Below, one piece after another: positions 19,307 to 29,463 of a stretch of 32,000 nucleotides of DNA (position 1 is its first letter; every line of letters begins with the position of its first letter). The notes under the pieces are model-generated. The model saw only the letters and a program-made list of their open reading frames with translations. It was not told the origin of the DNA and made no database searches. The stretch is from Caedibacter taeniospiralis (GTDB taxonomy: Bacteria; Pseudomonadota; Gammaproteobacteria; Francisellales; Francisellaceae), in NCBI RefSeq assembly GCF_002803295.2, contig NZ_PGGB02000009.1, positions 21,318 to 53,317 of the forward strand, written 5' to 3'. Position numbers and translations under genes: made by a program.

Positions 19307-19630
19307 ATGTTAGATCTTGATATCGAACTGACTAAAGACACTAAGACCGCCTTTCAGCAACCAGCGATTGAGCAGGATGGCGCACTCGTGCGTAATGTTT
19401 ATGTCCTTAATGACGACTTCACGCCAATGGAGTTTGTGCTTGAGGTAGTGCAGAATGTTTTTAAACTTGGGTCTCAAAATGCTGAAAGGGTAACTATGGA
19501 AGCGCATTATAAAGGCAAGGCGTTATGTGGGAAATATCCCAAAGACCTTGCTGAAACAATGGCTTGCAAAGCAATGGATATTGCCCAAAAAGCAGGTCAC
19601 CCCCTGATGCTTATCACCAGTAGAGCTTGA
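19307..19630 (+). CDS. clpS: ATP-dependent Clp protease adaptor ClpS
   Basis: YVLNDDFTPMEFVLEVVQNVFKLGSQNAERVTMEAHYKGKALCGKYPKDLAETMACKAMDIAQKAGHPLMLITSR; followed by clpA. Confidence 0.95.
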   Translation: MLDLDIELTKDTKTAFQQPAIEQDGALVRNVYVLNDDFTPMEFVLEVVQNVFKLGSQNAERVTMEAHYKGKALCGKYPKDLAETMACKAMDIAQKAGHPLMLITSRA

Positions 19631-19662
19631 CGCTCTTTCCCTGGTCTTTTAATTTTTTTCGC

Positions 19663-19697
19663 AAAAAAAACTCGAAACTGGTAATTCGAGTTTTTTT
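19663..19697. terminator. Bidirectional-type terminator between clpS and clpA
   Basis: aaaaaaaaCTCGAAactggtaaTTCGAGttttttt. Confidence 0.75.
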
Positions 19698-19753
19698 GTG
19701 CCTGTATTTCGTTTATCATTGTGCAAGGAAACACAAACAATTACAGGCGTTGT

Positions 19754-21982
19754 ATGCTAAGTAAGGAACTCGAACAAACGTTAAATCAAGCATTTCAGCA
19801 TGCCAGAGACCTGAAACATGAATATTTGACGGTAGAGCATTTGCTCAGCGCGTTGGTCGATAATGCAGATGCAAAAAAAGTTTTAAAAGCTTGTGGAGCA
19901 AACCTCTCAGAGCTTAAAAATATACTCAATACTTTTATTGAACAGTCCACCCCAAAAATTACTGAAGATGGCAAAGATACTCAGCCAACTTTGGGGTTTC
20001 AACGGGTATTACAGCGTGCGGTGTTTCATGTGCAATCTTCAGGTCGTGGAGAGGTACAAGGCTCTAATGTTTTAGTTGCGATCTTCAGCGAACAAGACAG
20101 TCAGGCGGTAAATTTCTTAAAGCAGCAAAATATTACCCGCCTTGATGTTGTTAATTATTTATCACATGGAGTCTCGAATAATGGTCAGGGCAGTGCCCAG
20201 CAACCAGTTTCAAGCGCTGCGGCAGAAGAGCAAAAAGAAAAAACACCACTTGAATTATATGCGGTTAATCTTAATCAACGCGCTAGAGAAGGCAAAATTG
20301 ACCGCTTGATTGGTCGCGACTATGAAATTGAGCGTGTCACACAGGTGCTGTGTCGCAGGCGCAAGAACAATCCGCTGTTGGTTGGCGAGGCGGGTGTCGG
20401 CAAAACCGCAATTGCCGAAGGTCTTGCCAAAAGAATCGTTGATAAGCAGGTTCCTGATGTCTTAGACAACGGGACAATCTATTCGCTTGACATGGGGACG
20501 ATGCTGGCTGGGACTAAATATCGTGGCGATTTTGAAAAACGCTTTAAAGAAGTACTGAAACAGCTCCAGGAGGAAGAGGGTGCTATTTTATTTATTGATG
20601 AAATTCACACCATTGTTGGTGCAGGAGCTGCCTCTGGTGGTGTGATGGACGCCTCTAATTTAATCAAACCAGCACTTGCCTCAGGCGATTTAAAATGTAT
20701 CGGCTCTACGACCTATCAGGAATACCGCACGATTTTTGAAAAAGATCACGCACTGGCACGAAGATTTCAAAAAATTGATGTCGAGGAACCGACGATTGAG
20801 CAGACTTATGAAATCTTAAAGGGATTAAAGCCTTACTTTGAAGATCATCATAATATCAAGTACACTTTGCCCGCACTTCAAGCAGCGGCTGAGCTCTCTG
20901 CCAAATACATCACTGAGCGCTTTTTACCTGATAAAGCGATTGATGTTATCGATGAACTTGGCGCATACCAGCGCACAAGTGGTAATGCAAAAAAGAAAAA
21001 ATTAATTAATGTCACTGACGTTGAGAATATGGTGGCGCGTCTTGCGCGTATTCCTGCCAAAACAGTATCGGCATCAGATAAAAGCTCAATGGTGAACCTC
21101 GGCAAGGATTTAAGAATGCTTGTCTATGGGCAGGACGAAGCCATTGAAGCCATGGTGGATACCATTAAACTAGCCAGGGCTGGACTTCGTGATCCCAATA
21201 AACCTTGGGGATCTTTCCTTTTTGCAGGTCCTACTGGTGTTGGTAAAACCGAAGTAACTCAACAGCTTGCCAATCTTCTTGGTGTTGAGCTTTTGCGTTT
21301 TGACATGTCCGAGTATATGGAAAGGCATACTGTATCTCGTTTAATTGGTTCACCCCCAGGTTACGTGGGTTATGAAGAGGGGGGGCTACTCACCGAGGCA
21401 GTAACCAAACACCCTTATGCAGTCGTTCTGCTTGATGAAATTGAAAAGGCTCACCCTGATATTTATAATCTGCTGTTGCAAGTCATGGATCATGGCACAT
21501 TAACGGACAACAACGGCAGAAAAGCAGATTTTAGAAATATTATTTTAATTATGACCACAAACGCAGGTGCTTTTGAATTGCAAAAAAATTCCATTGGCTT
21601 TGCTAAACAGGATAGTGCTCCTGATAGTATGGATGCGTTAAAACGCATCTTCACCCCTGAGTTTAGAAACCGCCTGGATGCTGTTATTCAGTTTGCGTCA
21701 CTGTCCAAAGAGGATGTTAAGTCGGTTGTTGATAAGTTTCTCGCACAGCTCCAAGGACAGCTTGATCCTCGCGGAGTGTCGCTTGAAGTTGACGACAAAG
21801 CGAAGGAATGGCTTGCTGAGCATGGCTACGATGAGAAAATGGGCGCCCGCCCGATGGCGCGTTTAATTCAGGAAACCATTAAAAAACCGCTGGCAGAAGA
21901 AATCCTGTTTGGCAAACTTGCCAGCGGCGGACGTGCTGAATTAACGGTTAAAAATAACAAACTAGCCTTCAAATACAGTTAG
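19754..21982 (+). CDS. clpA: ATP-dependent Clp protease ATP-binding subunit ClpA
   Basis: [102 protein letters not shown]. Confidence 0.97.
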   Translation: MLSKELEQTLNQAFQHARDLKHEYLTVEHLLSALVDNADAKKVLKACGANLSELKNILNTFIEQSTPKITEDGKDTQPTLGFQRVLQRAVFHVQSSGRGEVQGSNVLVAIFSEQDSQAVNFLKQQNITRLDVVNYLSHGVSNNGQGSAQQPVSSAAAEEQKEKTPLELYAVNLNQRAREGKIDRLIGRDYEIERVTQVLCRRRKNNPLLVGEAGVGKTAIAEGLAKRIVDKQVPDVLDNGTIYSLDMGTMLAGTKYRGDFEKRFKEVLKQLQEEEGAILFIDEIHTIVGAGAASGGVMDASNLIKPALASGDLKCIGSTTYQEYRTIFEKDHALARRFQKIDVEEPTIEQTYEILKGLKPYFEDHHNIKYTLPALQAAAELSAKYITERFLPDKAIDVIDELGAYQRTSGNAKKKKLINVTDVENMVARLARIPAKTVSASDKSSMVNLGKDLRMLVYGQDEAIEAMVDTIKLARAGLRDPNKPWGSFLFAGPTGVGKTEVTQQLANLLGVELLRFDMSEYMERHTVSRLIGSPPGYVGYEEGGLLTEAVTKHPYAVVLLDEIEKAHPDIYNLLLQVMDHGTLTDNNGRKADFRNIILIMTTNAGAFELQKNSIGFAKQDSAPDSMDALKRIFTPEFRNRLDAVIQFASLSKEDVKSVVDKFLAQLQGQLDPRGVSLEVDDKAKEWLAEHGYDEKMGARPMARLIQETIKKPLAEEILFGKLASGGRAELTVKNNKLAFKYS

Positions 21983-22134
21983 CACAAGCATTTTCAAAAA
22001 ATAAAAAAGCCCGCCTGAGCGCCGCTTTCATATGCTCTTTGTCGATTGTTATGCTAAAATGTCGCCCACTTTAACACCCAAAAAATGAATTTATTCTAAT
22101 GGAAGTAAATAGCTATAAAGTTCAGCTGAAAGAG

Positions 22135-23194
22135 ATGAACGAACGCCTGGATACGCTTAGGGGGTATCTTTGACTTCACACACAAAAAAGAGCGTTTAGA
22201 CGAAGTACTCATGGAGCTTGAAAATCCAGAGATTTGGAATGATCCAGAGAATGCTCAGGCACTTGGCAAAGAAAAGACCGCACTTGGAATGGTAGTGGAG
22301 AATGTCTTAGAAATTGAACAAGGCATTGCCGATGGGCTTGAATTAATAGAACTTGCGCAAGAAGCAGATGATGAAAGCATTTTAACTGAAGTGGTGGCTG
22401 AAATTTCTGAGCTTGAAGCATCCCTTGCCAGGCTTGAGTTTATGCGCATGTTTAGTAACCCCATGGATCCCAATGATGCTTTTTTAGATATTCAATCAGG
22501 TTCAGGAGGAACTGAGGCACAGGATTGGGCGCAAATGCTGATGCGTATGTATTTGCGTTGGGGGGAGGCGCATGGCTTTAAAACTGAGTTGATTGAAGTA
22601 TCTGACGGCGATGTAGCAGGAATTAAAAGTTGCACGATTAGATTTGCAGGTGAGTATGCGTATGGCTGGCTTAGAACCGAAACAGGGGTGCATCGCTTAG
22701 TGCGTAAGTCGCCATTTGATTCAGGTAATCGTCGCCACACCTCATTTGCCTCTGTCTTTGTCTCTCCTGAGATCAGTGATGAAATAGAAATTGACATCAA
22801 TCCTGCTAATTTACGTATTGATACTTATCGCGCTTCAGGTGCTGGGGGACAGCATGTAAATCGAACAGATTCCGCGGTGAGAATTACCCACGAACCAACG
22901 GGTATCGTAGTGCAATGTCAAAATGATCGCTCCCAGCACAAGAATAAAGATCAGGCGATGAAGCAGCTAAAATCGAAGCTGTATGAGCTTGAAATGCAAA
23001 AGCGCAATGCCGAAAAGCAGGCTTTAGAAGCGTCTAAATCAGACATCGGCTGGGGGAGTCAGATTCGCTCGTATGTGCTTGATCAATCACGCATTAAGGA
23101 TCTTAGAACTTCAGTTGAAAATACTAATACACAGGCAGTATTAGATGGTGATTTAGATCGCTTTATTGAAGCCAGTTTAAAAATGGGTTTGTGA
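22135..23194 (+). CDS. prfB: Peptide chain release factor 2, with in-frame UGA and programmed +1 frameshift site
   Basis: Shift site ctt agg ggg tat ctt tga c (stop at 22171-22173), then GACTTCACACACAAAAAAGAGCG...([38 protein letters not shown]); [23 protein letters not shown]. Exact N-terminus uncertain (see finding). Confidence 0.93.
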
Positions 23195-23310
23195 TTGGGA
23201 GGTTAGTAAAATTCTACCTACGTTAATGTAAGGACATATGCAATATTGTTGGCAGTAAAAGAAATAAAATAAATCGGCTTAGGCAAATTTTCCGCCCAAA
23301 CAAAAGTCAC

Positions 23311-23339
23311 GGTCATTCCCGCGAAGGCGGGAATCCAGC
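23311..23339. repeat. REP-like palindromic element
   Basis: ggtcATTCCCGCgaagGCGGGAATccagc, intergenic between prfB and lysS. Confidence 0.6.
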
Positions 23340-23435
23340 TTTTAAATGACTCCTGCAACCTCGCACAGGGTGACAGTGGGCGGGAAGATGGTCGGAGTCA
23401 ATAAATCAAAGCAAAAGTTAAGTTAGGTAATAGCA

Positions 23436-24974
23436 ATGACAGAGCAAATGCAGAGTAAAGTATTGAGCAAAGAAGAAGCACAAATCGAAGAAAATAACCA
23501 GATTCAGGTGCGAAAAGAGAAGCTTCAAGCACATACCAGGGTTAATAATGGCATTGGTTTTGCCAATGACTTTAAGCCCGACGCTGCTGCTGCGTGTTTA
23601 CGGGCAAAGTATGGCGCGATGGAAAAAGCCGAACTTGAGGCGCTAGCGCATAAACCTTACGCCAAAATCGCAGGTCGCATTATGCTTAAACGTATCATGG
23701 GTAAAGCTTCCTTTATCACGCTGCAAGATATGTCAGGACGTATTCAAGCCTATATTCGCAAAAATGATTTGACAGCAGGTGAATACGAGCGCTTTACCGA
23801 TCATTGGGATCTGGGAGATATTGTTGGTATTGAAGGCACATTGTTTAAAACCAACACAGGCGAGCTTTCTGTTCACGCAACGAGTATTAAACTATTAACC
23901 AAAGCCATTCGCCCGCTTCCTGATAAATTCCATGGCTTATCGGACCAGGAGATGCGTTATCGTCAGCGCTATGTTGATTTGATGACCAATAGCGACAGTC
24001 GCAAGGTTTTTCAAACGCGTGCCAAGATCATTCAATTTATGCGTCGTTATTTTGATGAACATCGCTTCATGGAAGTAGAAACCCCAATGATGCACGTTAT
24101 TCCAGGGGGAGCTTCCGCCAAACCATTTGCCACGCACCACAACGCCCTCGACATGCCGCTTTATTTGCGTATCGCTCCTGAGCTTTATTTAAAGCGCTTA
24201 GTCGTGGGAGGCTTTGATCGCGTGTATGAGATTAACCGCAATTTTAGAAATGAAGGCTTGTCAACGCGTCACAATCCTGAGTTTACCATGATTGAGTTTT
24301 ATCAGGCCTATGCTGATTACACAGACCTGATGGATTTAACCGAAGATCTTCTGCGTAAGATGGCACACGAGGTGTTAGGCACAACAGATATTCGTTATCA
24401 GGGTCAAAACTACGATTTGGCCAAACCTTTTGTACGCATGAGCATGTTTAATTCCATTCTGCATTTCAATCCAGATATCACCAGAGAACAGTTAGCTAAT
24501 TTTGATGAAGCCGCTGCTATTGCTAAAAAGCTTCATCTTAAAATTGAACCACATTATGGTCTAGGCAAAGTACAAACGGAAATCTTTGAAGAAACCGTTG
24601 AGCATTGCTTGATCCAGCCAACCTTTATTACCGAGTATCCAGCCGAGGTGTCACCCTTAGCGCGCAAAAATGACCATAATCCATTGATTACTGATCGTTT
24701 TGAATTCTTTATTGGCGGTCGTGAAATTGCCAATGGTTTTTCTGAGTTAAATGACTCAGAGGATCAAGCGGAGCGTTTTAAGGCGCAGGTAGCCGCCAAA
24801 GATGCAGGAGATGACGAGGCGATGTTCTATGATGCCGATTACATCCGTGCCTTAGAATATGGTCTGGCTCCAACCGCGGGTGAGGGAATTGGTATTGATC
24901 GCCTGGTCATGTTTTTTACCGATAGCGCATCCATTCGCGATGTGATCCTGTTCCCGCACATGCGACCTGAATAA
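23436..24974 (+). CDS. lysS: Lysyl-tRNA synthetase (class II)
   Basis: [97 protein letters not shown]. Confidence 0.97.
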   Translation: MTEQMQSKVLSKEEAQIEENNQIQVRKEKLQAHTRVNNGIGFANDFKPDAAAACLRAKYGAMEKAELEALAHKPYAKIAGRIMLKRIMGKASFITLQDMSGRIQAYIRKNDLTAGEYERFTDHWDLGDIVGIEGTLFKTNTGELSVHATSIKLLTKAIRPLPDKFHGLSDQEMRYRQRYVDLMTNSDSRKVFQTRAKIIQFMRRYFDEHRFMEVETPMMHVIPGGASAKPFATHHNALDMPLYLRIAPELYLKRLVVGGFDRVYEINRNFRNEGLSTRHNPEFTMIEFYQAYADYTDLMDLTEDLLRKMAHEVLGTTDIRYQGQNYDLAKPFVRMSMFNSILHFNPDITREQLANFDEAAAIAKKLHLKIEPHYGLGKVQTEIFEETVEHCLIQPTFITEYPAEVSPLARKNDHNPLITDRFEFFIGGREIANGFSELNDSEDQAERFKAQVAAKDAGDDEAMFYDADYIRALEYGLAPTAGEGIGIDRLVMFFTDSASIRDVILFPHMRPE

Positions 24975-25037
24975 CTCCAGTTAAAGAAGACAAACCCATA
25001 TTACGACCTAAACACCAGGAACCGATTATTACAGAAA

Positions 25038-25064
25038 CAAAAAAGGTCGCTGTCGCGACCTTTG
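25038..25064 (-). terminator. Hairpin with T tract on the minus strand
   Basis: AAAGGTCGC-tgtc-GCGACCTTT with an A run on its left (+ strand), which reads as a T run for minus-strand transcription. Confidence 0.6.
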
Positions 25065-25070
25065 AATTAT

Positions 25071-25090
25071 GGCGTCCCCAAGGGGATTAG
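25071..25090 (-). mobile_element. Partial tRNA 3' end (tRNA-Glu-like), candidate att site at the boundary of the phage-like region
   Basis: tggcgtccccaaggggatta; reverse complement ...AATCCCCTTGGGGACGCCA matches the T-stem/acceptor/CCA of bacterial tRNA-Glu (TTCGAATCCCC..GGGGACGCCA), but no T-loop consensus or 5' half follows. Confidence 0.6.
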
Positions 25091-25569
25091 ACTTATGTTA
25101 GTTAAATCTCTGTAATATATAGTTTTAATGCGTCGCACATAAAATTAGGTATACGTTTTGGCATACACATTAAAATTTCCATAATACAGCCCGTCTAATC
25201 AGACACAGCCAATACTATCACAAGGAATTATGAAAAACCATAAGGGGGATAAAATTCCAAGGCTGTCCCCATCTTAAATTTTAGACTTTTTCTGATTGGA
25301 ATTAGCAAAGAAATGGCTATGTCTCACGCTAAGTGTTAGTGAAATTGCTGAGAACAAAGCCTTTAATTTTGAACTTGATCTCAAATAAGCCACGCAATGT
25401 TTTTATCGTAACCAACTTACTAATTTAGATGGGACAGCCCTGGCGGACTACTTGGACAATCTAAGGAACGGTAAAAACGTGGTTAATCTATCTGATTTCA
25501 AAACAGGATAGTTGATATTATGAAGTATCAGTTAGCTATACTTTCCGATATTATAATATCAAAGATGCT

Positions 25570-25842
25570 TTGATGAGACTTCACATCAAGCTACCAACAC
25601 GACTCACCACCGTTACTCTACATGATATGCTTTATCAATTATTGAGCCTTAAAATCACAGGCAAACCAGACAGTAAAAATCAAGTTATGAATTGGCTCAG
25701 CCAGAGGCTGTCAGATAGGCTTGGTAAATTGCCTAAACGCCGCAGTATGAATACTGGCTTATCTCAGTATGCTGTTGAGGAAATATTAGAAGAAATCGTT
25801 CAGCCAGAAATACTAAAGGAGTATGATAACGTCAACTGTTGA
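25570..25842 (+). CDS. Hypothetical protein
   Basis: 90-aa ORF, MMRLHIKLPTRLTTVTLHDMLYQLLSLKITGKPDSKNQVMNWLSQRLSDRLGK...; no family recognised. Confidence 0.4.
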   Translation: MMRLHIKLPTRLTTVTLHDMLYQLLSLKITGKPDSKNQVMNWLSQRLSDRLGKLPKRRSMNTGLSQYAVEEILEEIVQPEILKEYDNVNC

Positions 25843-26079
25843 GGTGGTGTTGATACTATAGTATCGAAATGACTTATTCAATCGCCCCCATCCTCAAATT
25901 GAGGAGGTTAAAACAAGAGGTGTAATATCCACCCTCCCAGTGGGGAATGGCAATTTAAGCATATGCGTTGTGTATCCTTAAATACTTACCACTACCCTAG
26001 ACATCAATTTTATTTTAGACTATCACAACGTCTTAAACCGTGTCTAGGTTCGCTACCGAATAGCTGACTATCCACCAGT

Positions 26080-27045
26080 GTGGCACTGTTTAACTTTTGT
26101 GGATGCTCGGGAAAGCGAATGAAATTTCCAATGAGGTATAGCCTACAAATGGCTATAGAAAAACTTCGGCTAACGGAGGTTTACACCCAACAGCAGGACA
26201 GGGTAAGGTATTTGATTGACGTGTTAAGACATGATGAAATTAGCGCTTTTAACGCTATCCCTAGTGTGTTTGGCGAAACCCGTATGATTCTTCACAGCTT
26301 GCCAGCTGATGTAGCCTATCATTTTATCAACCATGGTTTGATTAGCTATGAGAGTCACATAGATGAATATTACACCGATGCAGGTGGAAAACGCTTATCA
26401 GAGTTAATAATTAAGCTTAAAGATGAATACGACAAGGTAGGCGGCGGAGAAATTTTTTGCCGTTGCATGCCTGACATAATGGATATAGCCGACATTGCCA
26501 GTTATGGTGTTAGCAAGGATGGGTGCCAGCTTGATATTAAAAGCCTGTACTATAATTCAACCGTCTTTGACCCACGTTTTAAAGCAAGCCACCTTTTGGG
26601 CAGGAAAGAGGGGCTGGGGCGTGTTATCTGTCAACTGACCACGTTCCATAGTGTCAAGCAGGGAAATGGGATAGATAGAAATTACTTTGAATATGGCATA
26701 AAAGCCGATACTGATAGCCTATTCATTGATGCAAACGGATTTGAACTTCTCCGTGAGAAAATGGCAGGCGAAAGTAAAAAAGACAGACCCGAGGCATCGC
26801 CCCAAAAAAAGCCAAAGGAGCCAAAGGATAGTGCGCAGGTATCACCACCAACAAGCCAGGCCCTTGCATACATTAACCAGCTTATTCATGACTTCAAAGA
26901 TTCAACCTGCTATCAAAAGTATAAGGACGAAACCCAGCAGCAATTAATCAAGGACTGGCTAAAAGAAAGAGGATGCTCAGGAAGAGAGCAGGACGTTATT
27001 GCTAAACTCATTAGCGAGCATTATGGTATTAAAACCAAACGGTAA
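26080..27045 (+). CDS. Hypothetical phage-region protein
   Basis: 321-aa ORF (GTG start at 26080 or ATG at 26119, MKFPMRYSLQMAIEKL). Conserved-looking acidic/hydrophobic N-terminal part, Pro/Lys linker, helical C-terminus. Confidence 0.6.
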   Translation: MALFNFCGCSGKRMKFPMRYSLQMAIEKLRLTEVYTQQQDRVRYLIDVLRHDEISAFNAIPSVFGETRMILHSLPADVAYHFINHGLISYESHIDEYYTDAGGKRLSELIIKLKDEYDKVGGGEIFCRCMPDIMDIADIASYGVSKDGCQLDIKSLYYNSTVFDPRFKASHLLGRKEGLGRVICQLTTFHSVKQGNGIDRNYFEYGIKADTDSLFIDANGFELLREKMAGESKKDRPEASPQKKPKEPKDSAQVSPPTSQALAYINQLIHDFKDSTCYQKYKDETQQQLIKDWLKERGCSGREQDVIAKLISEHYGIKTKR

Positions 27046-27250
27046 AAATTATTTCTTGCCATATTAGAATCCCTTTAAATACATGCTTTTTAGCTAACTA
27101 AATTCGATATTGGCAAATGGTATTGCCAATATTGGTGTATGGCTATTCCCATATCATTGCCCTCATAATCTCTCTCGTTAGCACACAAGACGAGGCTGAA
27201 AAGCTTCTTTAGTGTGTGAATATTTTAAATTAATTTAAGAGGGAGAAAAA

Positions 27251-27457
27251 ATGCAAAACAACATTTTAAGGTTACCAGAAATTTCAAAACACTGTGGCTT
27301 TTCACGCTCAACAGTATATCGACTAATCCAACAGGCAGACTTTCCAAAGCCAATTAAGCTGACATCACGCTCAAGCGGCTGGTTGGAGTCAGACATAAAC
27401 CAATGGATAGATAACCGCATAAAAGCGCGTGATAGCAAATTAAACAAGGGGGCGTAG
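27251..27457 (+). CDS. AlpA-family DNA-binding transcriptional regulator
   Basis: NNILRLPEISKHCGFSRSTVYRLIQQADFPKPIKLTSRSSGWLESDINQWIDNRIKARD. Confidence 0.9.
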   Translation: MQNNILRLPEISKHCGFSRSTVYRLIQQADFPKPIKLTSRSSGWLESDINQWIDNRIKARDSKLNKGA

Positions 27458-27459
27458 TC

Positions 27460-27750
27460 ATGATCAACGTTCAAGAATATAAATCCTTTAAGCAAGCAGT
27501 ATCAGTACGAGAGCCTTACACATTTTTGGAGCCTAAAGCACAATTTACAAACGGGTGCGATAGGATGTTTGAGTATGGATTTGAGGAAAATGAGGACTAC
27601 ATCTTGCTTAACAAATTTGTTAAGCAAGATAACGGGCACGGAGGTCACAACAAGGTGGATTATTTCCTATCTATCGACTGCGCCAAAGAAATAGCAATGC
27701 TTCAGCGTAGCGATAAAGGAAAACAAGTTCGCAAGTATTTTATTGAGTGA
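27460..27750 (+). CDS. AntA/AntB antirepressor-domain protein
   Basis: FEENEDYILLNKFVKQDNGHGGHNKVDYFLSIDCAKEIAMLQRSDKGKQVRKYFIE. Confidence 0.85.
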   Translation: MINVQEYKSFKQAVSVREPYTFLEPKAQFTNGCDRMFEYGFEENEDYILLNKFVKQDNGHGGHNKVDYFLSIDCAKEIAMLQRSDKGKQVRKYFIE

Positions 27751-27980
27751 GAAACAGCTATATGGTCTTACTAACGGCTATACGCTCACAGAGGCGATTA
27801 ATGAAATATCAAAGCAGCTCAATGAGATTAAACAAATGGGAAGCGCCTAGGGGCGAAAAGGTGCTAGCTTAAGAAGAACCAAAAGGGAAGCTAGGCGAGA
27901 ATTTAAAAGGCTGGTTAACGAGGCACAGTGCACACTTGACTTAGGCTTGTATGGGGAGTTAGGAACTAAGGGGGTAAGTT

Positions 27981-28559
27981 ATGTTAAGCAATGATATTCA
28001 ATTAAGTCAACGTCAATTAGGAACACTTGAAAAGTTGGTTTTAAACGGTGAGGTATCAAGGTTTGAGTTAAACCGTTATGTGGGATTATACACACCTGAA
28101 ACTATAAGACAATTACGTAACAAGGGAGGTGTTATCCATATGGTTAGAAAACCACACATTGACCGGTATGGGGTGAAGGGTTACACGGGGTTTTACAGCC
28201 TGGATAAAAGCCAGAAAGATGGTGCTAGTAACCAAATGCGAGGGGATGAAGTGATGTTTAATCATAGCTTTAAGCAAAAAATAAAAGGAAACCACGTTGG
28301 TGATTCCCTGTTTACTTCGCTCCCCACAAGGTTATACCGCGCCCTGTCGGGTGTGGAAACCCAGGCAGAAGGGCGCAATCATGCGTTAAATGGTGTCAAT
28401 ATATTTACATTATGGCCTCTTTTGTTTTTCCGAGTTGTCGGGTGGTGGCGTAAATACAAGACCCGTAAGGGGAATACCGTCGACCCTTCTTTGTTAAGGT
28501 TACCAACCCCCTGGCTTATTCTGGTAAAAACACGGGAGTCAAATCATGTCACTCAGTAA
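27981..28559 (+). CDS. Hypothetical protein with putative winged-helix-like N-terminus
   Basis: 192-aa ORF; LSQRQLGTLEKLVLNGEVSRFELNRYVGLYTPETIRQLRNKGGVIHMV. Confidence 0.5.
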   Translation: MLSNDIQLSQRQLGTLEKLVLNGEVSRFELNRYVGLYTPETIRQLRNKGGVIHMVRKPHIDRYGVKGYTGFYSLDKSQKDGASNQMRGDEVMFNHSFKQKIKGNHVGDSLFTSLPTRLYRALSGVETQAEGRNHALNGVNIFTLWPLLFFRVVGWWRKYKTRKGNTVDPSLLRLPTPWLILVKTRESNHVTQ

Positions 28560-29463
28560 GAAATACTTTTATCTCAAGCTTAAGGATAACTTTTTTGACC
28601 GAGAAGAAATTCGCGTCATTCAAGGCTTAGAAAATGGTGATACATACGTTTGCATTATTTTGGAAATGTATTTGAGAAGCCTCAAACGCAATGGTATTTT
28701 AATGATGTCAGAGCGAATTCCCTACAGCATTAGGACGCTATCAAGTGTGTTAAAACGTCGGCAAGATGAGATCAAATATGCGATCGATTTATTCAAAGAA
28801 TTTGGGTTAGTTGAGATACTGAATTCAGGGGCTATTTTCATGGCTGATATACAAGATTTTATTGGCGAATCTTCAACAGAAGCTGATCGAAAAAGAGCTT
28901 ATAGAACGAAAATTGAAGTAGAGAAAAAAGAAAGTTTTAAACACTTGGAAAACGGGACATCTGTCCAGACAAGTGTCCGAGGCGACTCAAACAAATCCGA
29001 TGAAATCGTTCAAAAAAGACCAATGTCGGACAAATGTCCTGACGTTTCTCCACCAGAGATAGAGATAGAGTTAAAGACAGAGTTAGAGTTAGAGTTAAAA
29101 GAGAAAAACGCACGCGAGGAAAACTCGCATGCTAACGCGCAAAAAACAGACACTGAAAACGCTGACAAAAATACTCGATTTAAGAAGCCAACCATTGACG
29201 AAATTCAAACTTACGTTAATCAGCAAAATTTAATCAATTTCAACACGGGACATTTTTTCGATCATTACGAATCAAATGGCTGGATGATTGGCAGAACAAA
29301 AATGAAGAGCTGGCAGCACGCTGTGTACAACTGGCATAGACGCAGCCAGGAGTTTGGTAATTGTAACGGTAGTAACGCAAAAAACCAAAGTCAATCAATG
29401 CCTCGCACAGGGCTAGATGGCAAGAGCGGTTACTACAATGATTTGGATCAAATTCCGTTTTGA
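28546..29463 (+). CDS. Phage replisome-organizer / replication-initiation-like protein
   Basis: KKYFYLKLKDNFFDREEIRVIQGLENGDTYVCIILEMYLRSLKRNGILMMSERIPYS resembles the phage replisome organizer N-terminal domain; immediately upstream of a DnaC-like ATPase. Confidence 0.8.
   Translation: MSLSKKYFYLKLKDNFFDREEIRVIQGLENGDTYVCIILEMYLRSLKRNGILMMSERIPYSIRTLSSVLKRRQDEIKYAIDLFKEFGLVEILNSGAIFMADIQDFIGESSTEADRKRAYRTKIEVEKKESFKHLENGTSVQTSVRGDSNKSDEIVQKRPMSDKCPDVSPPEIEIELKTELELELKEKNAREENSHANAQKTDTENADKNTRFKKPTIDEIQTYVNQQNLINFNTGHFFDHYESNGWMIGRTKMKSWQHAVYNWHRRSQEFGNCNGSNAKNQSQSMPRTGLDGKSGYYNDLDQIPF

Noticed and set aside
22135-22173. UGA inside prfB as an inactivating mutation
   Set aside because: The AGG GGG TAT CTT TGA C context is the known programmed frameshift. 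Only the out-of-frame upstream start is unusual, and that is reported separately.
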